Of a DNA stretch of 64,000 bases, positions 30,481 to 40,396 are shown piece after piece. This DNA comes from a virus. The translations under genes were made by a program, and so were the position numbers. Each line of letters starts with the position of its first letter. The stretch's first letter is position 1. The notes beneath the pieces are model-generated. The model saw only the letters and a program-made list of their open reading frames with translations, did not search any database and was not told where the DNA came from. The stretch is taken from positions 32,001 through 96,000 of IMG/VR virus record IMGVR_UViG_3300033153_013649, one strand, 5' to 3'.

Positions 30481-31517
30481 TTGAACATTATATTTTGAAT
30501 TCTGGATTAATAGGAGTTACGAAAGTTAGTGAAAATATTTGGAAAGCTCGCTGTCCTGTTTGTGGGGATTCTAAAAAATCATTAACTAAAAAAAGATTTA
30601 TTATAATGTTTAAAGAAAAAAGGGTGTTCTGCCATAACTGTAATTATTCTGCTACATTTGAATGGTTTTTGAAAAAAGAAAAACCCGAAATATATGATTC
30701 GTATATTAAAGATATATTATCGAAGTCTAAAAAGAGGGAAAAAATTGAATTCAAATTAGATAAAGAACTTATTCAAAGAAGAAAAAAATCATTTAATGAA
30801 ATTATAAAGGTTTTTATAAAGCACGGAGGACAGAAAAATATATCTCATATAAAATTTGTATCAGATTATCTGAATTCTAGAGGATTAAACCAATTTAAAC
30901 ATAAGTTTTGGTATATTTCAAATTATACAGCATTTGTAAATGATTTAGAAAAAGCAGATAATAAATGTAATCCAAAATCAGATGAACGTCTTGTTATTCC
31001 TTTCGTTATTAATGAAACAAAAGAAATATATGCTATGCAAGGACGAGCTTTGAGAGGTCAAAATCCTAGGTATCTTACTTCAATTTTTACTGAATCAAAA
31101 GGAAAAATCTATAATTATTATAATTTGGATAAAGAATCCTCAGTTTTTATTACAGAGGGGCCAATTGATTCTTTATTTCTTCCTAATGCGTGTGCTCTCG
31201 CAGGGAGTGCGATAACCCGAGATATTCTCGAAAAGTTTAAAGAATTTCAGAAAGAAGTAATTTTTATATTTGATACTGATTTTGTGTATAACAAATCTAT
31301 TAGGAAATCTGTGAATATAATTTTAGATAATGGATTTAATATATTTTTTCCTCCTAAAAAATGGATGAAATATAAAGATATAAATGATATTGTAATAGGT
31401 GAAAGGATAACTACTAAAGATGATCTTAGAATGATTATTTTAGAAAATTCTCATAAAGGGATATTAGGAAAAACTTTATTATCAAAATATCCAATAAAGA
31501 AGGATATATTAAGATGA
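30477..31517 (+). CDS. DNA primase gp61
   Basis: RCPVCGDS...CHNC Zn finger, RLVIPF, QGRAL, TEGPIDSLFL and KDIND motifs. Confidence 0.93.
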   Translation: MIEHYILNSGLIGVTKVSENIWKARCPVCGDSKKSLTKKRFIIMFKEKRVFCHNCNYSATFEWFLKKEKPEIYDSYIKDILSKSKKREKIEFKLDKELIQRRKKSFNEIIKVFIKHGGQKNISHIKFVSDYLNSRGLNQFKHKFWYISNYTAFVNDLEKADNKCNPKSDERLVIPFVINETKEIYAMQGRALRGQNPRYLTSIFTESKGKIYNYYNLDKESSVFITEGPIDSLFLPNACALAGSAITRDILEKFKEFQKEVIFIFDTDFVYNKSIRKSVNIILDNGFNIFFPPKKWMKYKDINDIVIGERITTKDDLRMIILENSHKGILGKTLLSKYPIKKDILR

Positions 31518-32410
31518 AAAAACTCGTGAAACTTTTTTCATATCCTGGTGCAAAATATCATATAGTTCCAATTGTTAATAAATTAATAAGTAGATTGGAT
31601 CTAGATATTTATATAGAACCTTTTTTAGGGAGTGGGGATATTTTCTTGAATCTTAATAAGGATTTTAAATTTTATACGTTGAATGATATTAGTTTTGATT
31701 TGATGAATATATGGAATACTTTTAAAGAGATAGATTACGAATTATATAAAAAAGAAATAATGTTTATAAGAAATAAATTTGGAGATATTGGAAAAGATAA
31801 AGAGGCTTATTATACTTTTAGAGATTTTTTTAATGAAAAATTTTATAAGATTTGTGGTAAAGAATATAATAGAAGAGGAATATATCTTCATATTTTAATT
31901 TCCTCTTGTATTAATCATTTAGTGAGATTTGGACCGAAAGGCTTTTCTCAATCGTATGGCAAGAGATGGAATATTCTTTCTGAATTAGATTTTAAGAATT
32001 TCAAAAGAGTTTTAGAAGACGAAACTTTTACTAAACAATTCTTTTTTTGTAATTATAATTGGATTCATATTCCTAATCTTTATAATTATTTAAATCAGGG
32101 GAACGTTCTATTTTTTATGGATCCTCCTTATTATAATTCTCAGATACAAACGTATGGTAAAAATAATTTTAATAGAAACGATTTAATTAAATTTCTTAAA
32201 TTGATTAGTAATGCTAAAAGTAGAATTATATACACAGATATTCTAAATGAATATAATAAAGAATATTTAAAAAATTGGAATAGAATTTCTATTCAAAAAA
32301 ATATGAAAAATGTAGGTCCAAATAAAATTAAAAGAAGTGGGAAGGAAGAATATTTATTTTATAATTTTAATTCTAATAAATTCAGGGAATTAATAAATGA
32401 AAGAATGTAA
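31514..32410 (+). CDS. dam: DNA adenine methyltransferase (Dam/D12 class)
   Basis: YPGAK, YIEPFLGSG, LND and FMDPPY motifs. Confidence 0.85.
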   Translation: MKKLVKLFSYPGAKYHIVPIVNKLISRLDLDIYIEPFLGSGDIFLNLNKDFKFYTLNDISFDLMNIWNTFKEIDYELYKKEIMFIRNKFGDIGKDKEAYYTFRDFFNEKFYKICGKEYNRRGIYLHILISSCINHLVRFGPKGFSQSYGKRWNILSELDFKNFKRVLEDETFTKQFFFCNYNWIHIPNLYNYLNQGNVLFFMDPPYYNSQIQTYGKNNFNRNDLIKFLKLISNAKSRIIYTDILNEYNKEYLKNWNRISIQKNMKNVGPNKIKRSGKEEYLFYNFNSNKFRELINERM

Positions 32411-32576
32411 ACATTTATCTATAAGATTTGAAGAATGGGCTACTGTAAAAACATGGGTTCATAAACCTGGTTCTAAAACGGATTTAAAATCAAATAAAAA
32501 CGGTTTTTATAGGATTAGAACATATCCTTTGCATCGATGTGAAACATGTGGGCAATTATTACTTATCAAACGTTGA
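32397..32576 (+). CDS. Small Cys/His protein (59 aa, not in the ORF track)
   Basis: MKECKH...HRCETCG fills the gap between dam and gp47. Confidence 0.45.
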   Translation: MKECKHLSIRFEEWATVKTWVHKPGSKTDLKSNKNGFYRIRTYPLHRCETCGQLLLIKR

Positions 32577-32601
32577 GGAATTTCTAAAAAATAATTTAAA
32601 T

Positions 32602-33684
32602 ATGAGAATAGTAATTGGAGATGTACATTGGGGCGTTAGAAATGCGTCTGAATATTATTTAAATAAGCAATTAGAATTCTTTAAGAAGCTTTTTAAAGAT
32701 ATAGATAATAAGTATATTGATGAACTTGAAATGATTATTTTTCTTGGCGATTGGTTAGAAAACCGTCGTTCCTTGAATATTTTAATTCAAAATCATGTTA
32801 TTAAAATTCTAGATAAGTTCGAATCTTATGGAGTTCCTGTTATTCATATATTAGGAAATCACGATGTTTATTTTAAAAATACTAATAAGATAAACGGTCT
32901 AAGACCATTATTAAAGAAATATAAAAATCATATCTTAGTTGATAATGATTTATATATTCATAAATTTGATAACGAATATTATTTATTTGTTCCCTGGATT
33001 AATAAATCGAATGTTCAAGATTTTGCAAGAAAAATAAGAGGATTAAAAAATAAAAGAAGAACAATCGTTTTTGGGCATTTTAACTTTTCAGAATTTACTA
33101 AATTTTCAAGACAAGAAGAAGAAAATATAATTTGCTTTTCTAGTTTTAATCAATTTGCTCATGTATATTCCGGTCATTTTCATTTATACATTAATAAAGG
33201 AAAGGTAACTTATATTGGCTCGATTCTTGATTATAGATGGGGGGAGGAATTAACCCCTCATGGATATATGATAATTGAACCTAATTCAATATCTGACAGG
33301 GGGAATATTATAGATGAAAAAGTAAAAATGGTTTTAAATGAAGAAAATATCCATAGAAAATATATTATTGGATCAAAAGAAGATCGAAAGGAAGTTTTAA
33401 AAACCTGTAAAGATAAAGAAGTAAAAATAGTTCTCCTTAAAAATTTTGAAATGACAAATAATGAATATGATAATTTTATATTTGAAGTTGATAAAAAAGC
33501 TCATTATATACAAGTTCTTTTAGCAAATGACATATACGAAGATGGTAAAGGGGAATTAGTTAATATGGAGTCCTTTGAAGATTTTATTGTTGAGTATTTT
33601 AAAGACAAAAAATACGAAGGAAATATTAATACTAAATTATTAATTAAGATCTTTTTAAATCTATATAAATCAGTGAAGGAATAA
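32602..33684 (+). CDS. Recombination endonuclease subunit gp47 (Mre11/SbcD-like)
   Basis: GDVHWG, LGD, GNHD, VPWI, FGH and SGHFH motifs. The ATG at 32602 is preferred over the track's GTG at 32539. Confidence 0.9.
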   Translation: MRIVIGDVHWGVRNASEYYLNKQLEFFKKLFKDIDNKYIDELEMIIFLGDWLENRRSLNILIQNHVIKILDKFESYGVPVIHILGNHDVYFKNTNKINGLRPLLKKYKNHILVDNDLYIHKFDNEYYLFVPWINKSNVQDFARKIRGLKNKRRTIVFGHFNFSEFTKFSRQEEENIICFSSFNQFAHVYSGHFHLYINKGKVTYIGSILDYRWGEELTPHGYMIIEPNSISDRGNIIDEKVKMVLNEENIHRKYIIGSKEDRKEVLKTCKDKEVKIVLLKNFEMTNNEYDNFIFEVDKKAHYIQVLLANDIYEDGKGELVNMESFEDFIVEYFKDKKYEGNINTKLLIKIFLNLYKSVKE

Positions 33685-33938
33685 TGAAAAATAAATTATC
33701 AAATCAAAGCGTCAAAGAAATTCCTGGAATTAATAAAGCAAATTATAATTCTAGAGAAAAGAAATTCAAGACCCCTATTTCAACCGAAAACGGATTAAAT
33801 TATAATCAAACTTGGCAGACTAGAAAATTAGTTGCTATTGGTCTTTCAGAATTGCCAGAAGATCGATGGCCATTTAAACACAAGGGAGAAACAGACGAAG
33901 AATTCAAAAAGAGAATAGAAAAATTAAAAAGAGGTTGA
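33684..33938 (+). CDS. Hypothetical protein
   Basis: Translationally coupled ORF. Confidence 0.55.
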   Translation: MKNKLSNQSVKEIPGINKANYNSREKKFKTPISTENGLNYNQTWQTRKLVAIGLSELPEDRWPFKHKGETDEEFKKRIEKLKRG

Positions 33939-33963
33939 CAAATTCGGTTTTATTTAGTATATT
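33935..33963 (+). promoter_or_regulatory. Sigma70-type promoter
   Basis: TTGACA-N17-TATATT. Confidence 0.75.
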
Positions 33964-33982
33964 ATAATAAAAAGAGGTAAAG

Positions 33983-34723
33983 ATGTTTTTATTAAATAAA
34001 GAAATAGTAATTTTAGGAGACGTCCATGGGAATTTTAAAGAACTTAAATATATTCTTGAAGACTGGATTCAACCGAAACCTAAATTAGCAATACTTTGTG
34101 GAGATATTGGATTATTTTGGCCGAGAAGTCTTCCGGAGCATAATAAAATATTTTCTGATATTGATATGAAAATATTATTTATTGATGGAAATCATGACCG
34201 ACATGATATTTGGCAGACAGAAAACAGTCCAATTATAGATTCGCTTAAAGCTTCCGGGAAATATTATATGCCAAGAGGTTCTATAGAAAGAATAATGAAT
34301 CAAAATTTTTTATTCCTCGGTGGAGCTCTTTCGATAGATAAATTATTTCGTCTTCCTTATATTTCTTGGTGGCCCGAAGAAGAATTATCTCAAAAGGATT
34401 ATGAAAAAATTGATAAGAATGTTCCAATTGATGTTGTAATTTCTCATGATATTCCAAATTCGTTTAAATTTAAACAATTAGATAGATTTGAAAAACAAGA
34501 TGAACAAACAAGACGGATTCTTGATATTATTCTTCATGAAAAGAAACCGAAAGAGTGGTTTTTTGGCCATCATCATATACAAACTTCAGGAAGATTTGAG
34601 CATGATAATGGTTTGATTACTGATTGGGTTGGATTAACAGATATTCCTAGTTTTCGTCCTGGAGAAGATTATCTTAAAAATTTTAAAAGAGAATATTCTG
34701 AAAAACAAATGTGGCAAGAATGA
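33983..34723 (+). CDS. Calcineurin-like metallophosphoesterase
   Basis: GDVHG, CGDIG, DGNHD, GGALSID, ISHD and FGHHH motifs. Confidence 0.9.
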   Translation: MFLLNKEIVILGDVHGNFKELKYILEDWIQPKPKLAILCGDIGLFWPRSLPEHNKIFSDIDMKILFIDGNHDRHDIWQTENSPIIDSLKASGKYYMPRGSIERIMNQNFLFLGGALSIDKLFRLPYISWWPEEELSQKDYEKIDKNVPIDVVISHDIPNSFKFKQLDRFEKQDEQTRRILDIILHEKKPKEWFFGHHHIQTSGRFEHDNGLITDWVGLTDIPSFRPGEDYLKNFKREYSEKQMWQE

Positions 34724-34724
34724 A

Positions 34725-35834
34725 ATGGAAAAAAATTCCGATATATCTTTAAAAATAGATAAATTAAAACGAGAAATTTCAATTTTAAATCAAAAACAGC
34801 ATGCTTTTAAAATCTTGCTCAATGCAGGATACGGTGCTTTAGGAAGTGTATATTTTTCTCATTTTGATATTAGATTAGCAGAAGCTGTTACTTATACTTC
34901 TCAACTAGTAATTAGATATATGATTCAATATCTAGAAAAAAATCTTGGAATAGAAATTATATATTCTGACACTGACTCCCTTTACCTTTCTGTAGAACCT
35001 CAAGTTAGAAAATATTGTAAAAAGACAGGTAAGAATTATGAAGATCTGACTTATGAACAAAAGCGAGAAATATATGATTTATTAGATAAGAAGATTTCTA
35101 AAGTTATTAAAAGAGGATATGAATTATTAAGTAAAAGATTAAATGTTCGAGAAAATGATTTTAAAATGGTACGGGAAATTTATGGAAATAAAGCAATTTG
35201 GCTAGGTAAGAAAAATTATTTAATAAAGATGATAGATAAAGATGGAAATTTAAAATCCCCTGAAACTCCTCCTTATGTAAAAGGATTTGATATTGTAAAA
35301 TCAGGAGCTACTACAAAATGGATAATAGAAGCTTTAAAGGAATATGCTGAACTTATATTTACAGAAGATAAAGAAGGGGTAGTTAAGTTCGAAAAAGAAA
35401 AATTCCAAGAATATAAAAAGCAAAATCCATTTTCTCTTTTTAAACCAAAATCTTTATCTTCTATGAATAAATATACTTTCAATTCGAAAGGATGTCCGAT
35501 TCATATTAAAGCGGCTTTAGTTTATAATATGGTAGTAAAAGAACATAATCTTCAAGCGGATTTTCCTGAAGTTTCAGAAGGAAATAAAATTTTATTTGCA
35601 TATATTCAAAAACCTAATAGATTTAATTCTCATGTTATTGGATATTCAGATCAGATAAATGAAGAAAAATTTTGGGAATTCGTGATTAAACATTATACTA
35701 TAAAACTTGATTATCAAAAAATGTGGGACACTGATTTTATTTCTCCAGCAAGAAGATTAACGGATGCTTTAAAATGGGATATATCTAATTTTAATAAATC
35801 AAATTTTGCTAATTTACTAAAGGAAAAGAAATGA
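34725..35834 (+). CDS. Family B DNA polymerase, C-terminal subunit (split gp43B-like)
   Basis: Motif B KILLNAGYGALG, motif C YSDTDS and KKNY. There is no exonuclease domain or motif A. Confidence 0.9.
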   Translation: MEKNSDISLKIDKLKREISILNQKQHAFKILLNAGYGALGSVYFSHFDIRLAEAVTYTSQLVIRYMIQYLEKNLGIEIIYSDTDSLYLSVEPQVRKYCKKTGKNYEDLTYEQKREIYDLLDKKISKVIKRGYELLSKRLNVRENDFKMVREIYGNKAIWLGKKNYLIKMIDKDGNLKSPETPPYVKGFDIVKSGATTKWIIEALKEYAELIFTEDKEGVVKFEKEKFQEYKKQNPFSLFKPKSLSSMNKYTFNSKGCPIHIKAALVYNMVVKEHNLQADFPEVSEGNKILFAYIQKPNRFNSHVIGYSDQINEEKFWEFVIKHYTIKLDYQKMWDTDFISPARRLTDALKWDISNFNKSNFANLLKEKK

Positions 35835-35835
35835 A

Positions 35836-36039
35836 ATGAATTTGAAATATAATTATATTGATTTGAATGAATTTAGTATTTTTTTGACTAAAACTATAGA
35901 TGAATCAGAAAAACTTAAAGAAATAGTTGAACAGATTAATTGGAGATATGCAGATGAAAATAAGCTGCAATTAATAATAAAAATCTCTTGCCTTGAACAA
36001 AGACTTGCAGAATTGAGAAATAAAATCCAAAGGAGTTAA
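35836..36039 (+). CDS. Hypothetical protein
   Basis: Coupled small ORF. Confidence 0.5.
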   Translation: MNLKYNYIDLNEFSIFLTKTIDESEKLKEIVEQINWRYADENKLQLIIKISCLEQRLAELRNKIQRS

Positions 36040-36040
36040 T

Positions 36041-36304
36041 ATGTGGATGGAAATTATAGGAATATCTACCCCTCTGATAGTTATACCTCAAATAATACGA
36101 ATATTAAGAAGAAAATCGGCTGAAGATATAAGTAAATGGTTTTATGTTTTGCTTTTATTTTTTCAAGCAAATTGGTTTAGATATGGAATAATAATAAAGG
36201 ATGTACCTTTAATTCTCAGTGGAGGTATTTCTTGTATTTCTTGTTTAATTGTATTATTCTTTTGTTTTAAATATACTCTCTATAAAAAACGGACATATTT
36301 TTGA
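36041..36304 (+). CDS. SemiSWEET / PQ-loop 3-TM protein
   Basis: IPQIIRILRRKSAEDIS...W..YG...D.PLI. Confidence 0.85.
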   Translation: MWMEIIGISTPLIVIPQIIRILRRKSAEDISKWFYVLLLFFQANWFRYGIIIKDVPLILSGGISCISCLIVLFFCFKYTLYKKRTYF

Positions 36305-36332
36305 TTTTAAATTATTATAAAGGGGATAAATT

Positions 36333-36668
36333 ATGTACGAAGAAATGATATCAAATCCTTCCTGGGAATGTAAACGATTACTTATTGAAATATTTGAGAA
36401 GGGACTTAGAAATTTAGTTGCAAAGGGAGATACTAATTGGGATACTTTAAGTGCTAGAAGTCATGTTATTAATGCAGTAATACGTTTTAGAGATTTTGAA
36501 AATCTCATTTATTGGGAAGAGAATATGTGTAAAGATATAGAAGGAAATTCCTCTTTAGTTAATTTTTCAGATGAAGAATTGGATCTATTAGTAGACGGTA
36601 TAACATCAGCAGTGTTTGCATATTATCAATTAATAAAACAAAAAGGGAAAATAGATGAACAATGCTAA
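36333..36668 (+). CDS. Hypothetical protein
   Basis: AGGGG RBS, 111 aa. Confidence 0.55.
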   Translation: MYEEMISNPSWECKRLLIEIFEKGLRNLVAKGDTNWDTLSARSHVINAVIRFRDFENLIYWEENMCKDIEGNSSLVNFSDEELDLLVDGITSAVFAYYQLIKQKGKIDEQC

Positions 36669-37143
36669 TTTCGAAACTTTCTTTTTAGGAGAAAAAGAGA
36701 AAAAATATCAAATTATGGGGGCTAGTGTTGTAGATACTTTAATTGATGAAATTCCAAACGACGGAAAATTTTATGCTCTTTCGTATGAAGATAGAGCTTG
36801 GAGATTGTCGAAAAGAGTTCATGGAAGTATTGAAAAAAAAGAAGAAATTAAACTCACAACAGGTTTTACTTTTCGCCATTTTTCAATGTCAAAAAACGAT
36901 AAGAAATTTAAAATTTATTTTCCAGGAACTTTAATACTATGCCCTTCTGGATTTAATTTAGAAGGGGGAACAAATTATTCAGATGGTTCTTCGAAAGTAT
37001 TATGGTTGGGCCAGAATTCTGAAATTCAAACTGTATCTTATTCTGGAGATATTAATCAGGGGGTTTATCATCCGCTTGGTTGTATAATTCAATCGGGGAT
37101 TATGTTATTTCGTCCTTCTCTTCCGACCTTTGAATTTATATAA
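36655..37143 (+). CDS. Hypothetical protein
   Basis: Coupled 162-aa ORF. Confidence 0.55.
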   Translation: MNNANFETFFLGEKEKKYQIMGASVVDTLIDEIPNDGKFYALSYEDRAWRLSKRVHGSIEKKEEIKLTTGFTFRHFSMSKNDKKFKIYFPGTLILCPSGFNLEGGTNYSDGSSKVLWLGQNSEIQTVSYSGDINQGVYHPLGCIIQSGIMLFRPSLPTFEFI

Positions 37144-37151
37144 AAATAATG

Positions 37152-37181
37152 TTGACAAACTATTATAAGATTTAGTATATT
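37152..37181 (+). promoter_or_regulatory. Sigma70-type promoter
   Basis: TTGACA-N18-TATATT. Confidence 0.7.
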
Positions 37182-37201
37182 ATATTTTAAAGGAGAAAAG
37201 A

Positions 37202-37789
37202 ATGTCTAATATATATGCGTTTACAGATTTTGAAACAACAGGGGTTAACCCTCTTGTTGATCTTCCGATTGAGATAGGAATAATTTTTACAGATTATAAT
37301 TTTAATATTCTTACTTCGTACGAAGCGCTTATTCGTCAAAAAAAGGTTTTAGTTAGAATTAACGGAATTCCGAAATGGAAACCAGAATTCAGAGAAGCTT
37401 TCGAAGTTCATAATATTTCCCCAGAAGAATATATCAAAAAAGCAAAACCTCCTCAAGCTGTTTGTACTGAAATAAGAATGTTTTGTCAATCTTTATCGAA
37501 AAATCCTTCTAAAGAAATATATATAGTTTCAGATAATCCGTATTTTGAACAAACTTTTATACGTAAACTTTTTGGTCAATCTCAAACTCCTTTTCCTTTT
37601 CATTATAATGCAAGAGGAACTTTGATGATTACTGATCTCGCGGGCGTACGCTCGCACGCGCATACACATAGAGGATTAGAAGACATCAAGGGAACTTATA
37701 TGGATTTTATTGAAGCGTGTAAAAAATTAAATCTGCTTAAAGAAGAAAAAGAAATTTTCAAATTAACGAAAGGAGAAATACTTGGCTAA
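37202..37789 (+). CDS. DEDDh 3'-5' exonuclease
   Basis: DFETTG, EIG, A.EVHNI and HRGLED motifs. Confidence 0.85.
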   Translation: MSNIYAFTDFETTGVNPLVDLPIEIGIIFTDYNFNILTSYEALIRQKKVLVRINGIPKWKPEFREAFEVHNISPEEYIKKAKPPQAVCTEIRMFCQSLSKNPSKEIYIVSDNPYFEQTFIRKLFGQSQTPFPFHYNARGTLMITDLAGVRSHAHTHRGLEDIKGTYMDFIEACKKLNLLKEEKEIFKLTKGEILG

Positions 37790-38315
37790 GAAAAACAAAT
37801 GTAAAGATTTAGAGATAAAAGACGTATATAAGGATATCCATCTTAATAATTTACTGCATGCGGGAGATTTAGATGATATAAAAGATCCTCTTCAAGAAAT
37901 GCTTAATCTTCAAAAGAAACTTCAGAAACATATAGCAAAGTCAAAACCAGAATATCAAAAATTATTCGGGAAAGATCTTGGTCCGAAAATGACAGTTACT
38001 AATATGGCTTTATTTTTTATGTTTCAGAATCAATCTATGCTAGATGAGCAACAAGAAGAATTAGAAGCTATCGGTGGGGAAAGATTTGGAAATGCTTCTT
38101 GGAAATATTGGAAGAAAGATCATAAAAATGCTCAGTCTCTAAGATTCATTGACCTTTCTCCGGAAGAGATTCTTGAAGCTAAATATGAATGGATTGATTC
38201 TTGGCATTTTATGATGAATAAAGCAATAGCTCTTGGTTTAACTTCTCAAGAAATAACTAATTTATATTTCGCAAAAAACGCTGAAAATATAAGAAGACAG
38301 AACGAAAATTATTAA
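37782..38315 (+). CDS. dCTPase/dUTPase, gp56-like (all-alpha dimeric)
   Basis: MLNLQKKLQ, DEQQE, WKYWK, E.ID.WHF.MN and KNAENIRRQ..Y motifs. Confidence 0.88.
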   Translation: MAKKNKCKDLEIKDVYKDIHLNNLLHAGDLDDIKDPLQEMLNLQKKLQKHIAKSKPEYQKLFGKDLGPKMTVTNMALFFMFQNQSMLDEQQEELEAIGGERFGNASWKYWKKDHKNAQSLRFIDLSPEEILEAKYEWIDSWHFMMNKAIALGLTSQEITNLYFAKNAENIRRQNENY

Positions 38316-38328
38316 TTAAGGAAAAAAT

Positions 38329-38520
38329 ATGAGTTCTATTAGAATATATTCTCCAATAGGAGAGGAACTTTTTTCTTCTGAAAAAGTAATAGAGATTGAA
38401 TATAAAGTTGATGCTGAATTATTCACGATTCAATTTGTTGATATAACAGAGGAGAAACGTCAGGAATATATTTTTAAAGGAAGAAATCTTATAATTCAGG
38501 AAAAGAGAAATGTCAAATAA
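38329..38520 (+). CDS. Hypothetical protein
   Basis: AAGGA RBS; small ORF. Confidence 0.5.
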   Translation: MSSIRIYSPIGEELFSSEKVIEIEYKVDAELFTIQFVDITEEKRQEYIFKGRNLIIQEKRNVK

Positions 38521-39037
38521 TAAATATAAAACCCGAATATTAGCAGGGGAAACGTTTCTTAATAATTGTTATTCCCAGTTTTATATGAGAGAAACAGAAG
38601 AAGAGAGTCGTAGAAAAGCAAGGGGTTTTAAAGAATTAAAAGAGCATATTGAAAAAAACGGAATGATTCATCCACTTATTTGTTATTATGGTGATACAAA
38701 ACATCCATTTCTCGTTCATATAGGAATGAGGCGATTAGTAATATTAAGAGATTTAAAATATGAAAAAGCAAAAATAATTTTAATGGACTCCCCTAAAATT
38801 ATAGCAGAAGGAAAAAAGATTCCTGACTATGATTGTAAAAATTTAATTTATCATTCTATATTTGAAGGATTATTTCCAATTAGAACAGAAAAAGAACTTT
38901 TTAAATTTCATGGAATGGAATCTGATTTATATTTTCCAGCAAAAGATTGGAAGAAATTACCGGATGGACTTGTATTTATTAGAAATCATATTATATCTTA
39001 TGGATTAGAAAGTAATCTTAATTTTAAAAAGAAATAA
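38510..39037 (+). CDS. ParB/Srx-like N-terminal domain protein
   Basis: LKEHIEKNGMIHPL...IGMRRL matches the ParB box GxRR. Confidence 0.65.
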   Translation: MSNNKYKTRILAGETFLNNCYSQFYMRETEEESRRKARGFKELKEHIEKNGMIHPLICYYGDTKHPFLVHIGMRRLVILRDLKYEKAKIILMDSPKIIAEGKKIPDYDCKNLIYHSIFEGLFPIRTEKELFKFHGMESDLYFPAKDWKKLPDGLVFIRNHIISYGLESNLNFKKK

Positions 39038-39072
39038 TAATAAGTATGGACTTAAATTAGGATTAATGTTTA

Positions 39073-39600
39073 TTGGAAACGAAAAAAAGTAATATAATTG
39101 GAATTACTGGTACTCATGGGGTAGGAAAATCTTATTTTGCTTTTGAAGAAGCTTTAAGACAGAAAGATTTAAATCCTATAGCAAAGATTACTTTAATAGA
39201 AGAACAGGGGATACTTGATAATCCATTTCCAATTAATAAAAGAGCACAAAATGAATCTCAGATGTGGGTAATGTGCGCAGAGATGATGCAACATTTTTTG
39301 AATTATGCAAACAAAAAAATCGATTTAATAATTACAGATAGAACTATATTCGATTGTATTCCTTATTCAATGGTAAACGGTTTACCATTTGCAAAAGCTT
39401 TATATGATATTACTAAGCATTTTGGATATATGTATAAAAAGATTTATATTTTAGATCCACGAAAAAGAAAATATGTTTTTGATAACGGAATAAGGTCAGT
39501 TGATAAAAATTACCGATCTGAAGTACATGAAAAATTTATAGAATTATTCAAAAGATTAAAAAATAACAATTATATAAAACATTATGAGGTAGTAGGATGA
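39073..39600 (+). CDS. P-loop nucleotide kinase (AAA_28/NadR-like)
   Basis: ITGTHGVGKS, ITDRTIFD and DNGIRS motifs. Confidence 0.75.
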   Translation: METKKSNIIGITGTHGVGKSYFAFEEALRQKDLNPIAKITLIEEQGILDNPFPINKRAQNESQMWVMCAEMMQHFLNYANKKIDLIITDRTIFDCIPYSMVNGLPFAKALYDITKHFGYMYKKIYILDPRKRKYVFDNGIRSVDKNYRSEVHEKFIELFKRLKNNNYIKHYEVVG

Positions 39601-40277
39601 GATTTATAAATCCGAGTTTTTCAATCGAAGATGAGAAATATCTTGATCCTATTAGAATAATGAAACTTATTGAACGAGCAGGAAGAAATTGTTATAAATC
39701 AGAGAAAAAGATAACAAAGGATTCTTATATCAATTTTATTAAAATGCTCGTTCAGAATTATAAGCATCTTTCTGTAATTGAGCATGGGAATATAACAGTA
39801 AGATTTATATGTAATCGAGGATTTACTCATGAACTAGTTCGTCATAGATTAGCAGCTTATTCTCAAGAATCAACAAGATATTGTAATTATTCTAAAGGAA
39901 AATCCCCTCATATTACTTTTATAATTCCTTCAATATATCAGGATATTCTAAAACCTGGAGAATATGATTTTGATTGTTGGTTTAGTAATGAATTTTCTGA
40001 AACCCCTGGGTTAATTGATTGGATATTAGCGATGGCGTCAGCAGAAGAAAGTTATTTTACTTTAATTAATAACGGTTTAAAACCTCAAATTGCTCGAGGG
40101 GTATTACCAATTGATTTGAAAACTGAAATTGTAATGACTTGTAATCTTCGTGAATGGAGGCATATTTTTAGTTTAAGAACTTCAGAAGCAGCTCATCCTT
40201 CAATGCATCAACTTATGAGGCCGCTTCTTAAAAAGTTTAAAGAAATGTTTCCTCCAATTTATGAAGATATAATATAG
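39597..40277 (+). CDS. thyX: Flavin-dependent thymidylate synthase
   Basis: H.SVIEH, ELVRHRLAAYSQESTRY, ARGVLP and NLREWRH motifs. Confidence 0.95.
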   Translation: MRFINPSFSIEDEKYLDPIRIMKLIERAGRNCYKSEKKITKDSYINFIKMLVQNYKHLSVIEHGNITVRFICNRGFTHELVRHRLAAYSQESTRYCNYSKGKSPHITFIIPSIYQDILKPGEYDFDCWFSNEFSETPGLIDWILAMASAEESYFTLINNGLKPQIARGVLPIDLKTEIVMTCNLREWRHIFSLRTSEAAHPSMHQLMRPLLKKFKEMFPPIYEDII

Positions 40278-40396
40278 GAAAGTAAAAAAATTTTTAAATT
40301 TAAAATTATATATAATTATGAATAACAACTATTCGACTGTAAATAAAAATTACACAGGGATTAGTCGGTTCCTGGTTAAAAAATAGGAGGTTAAAA

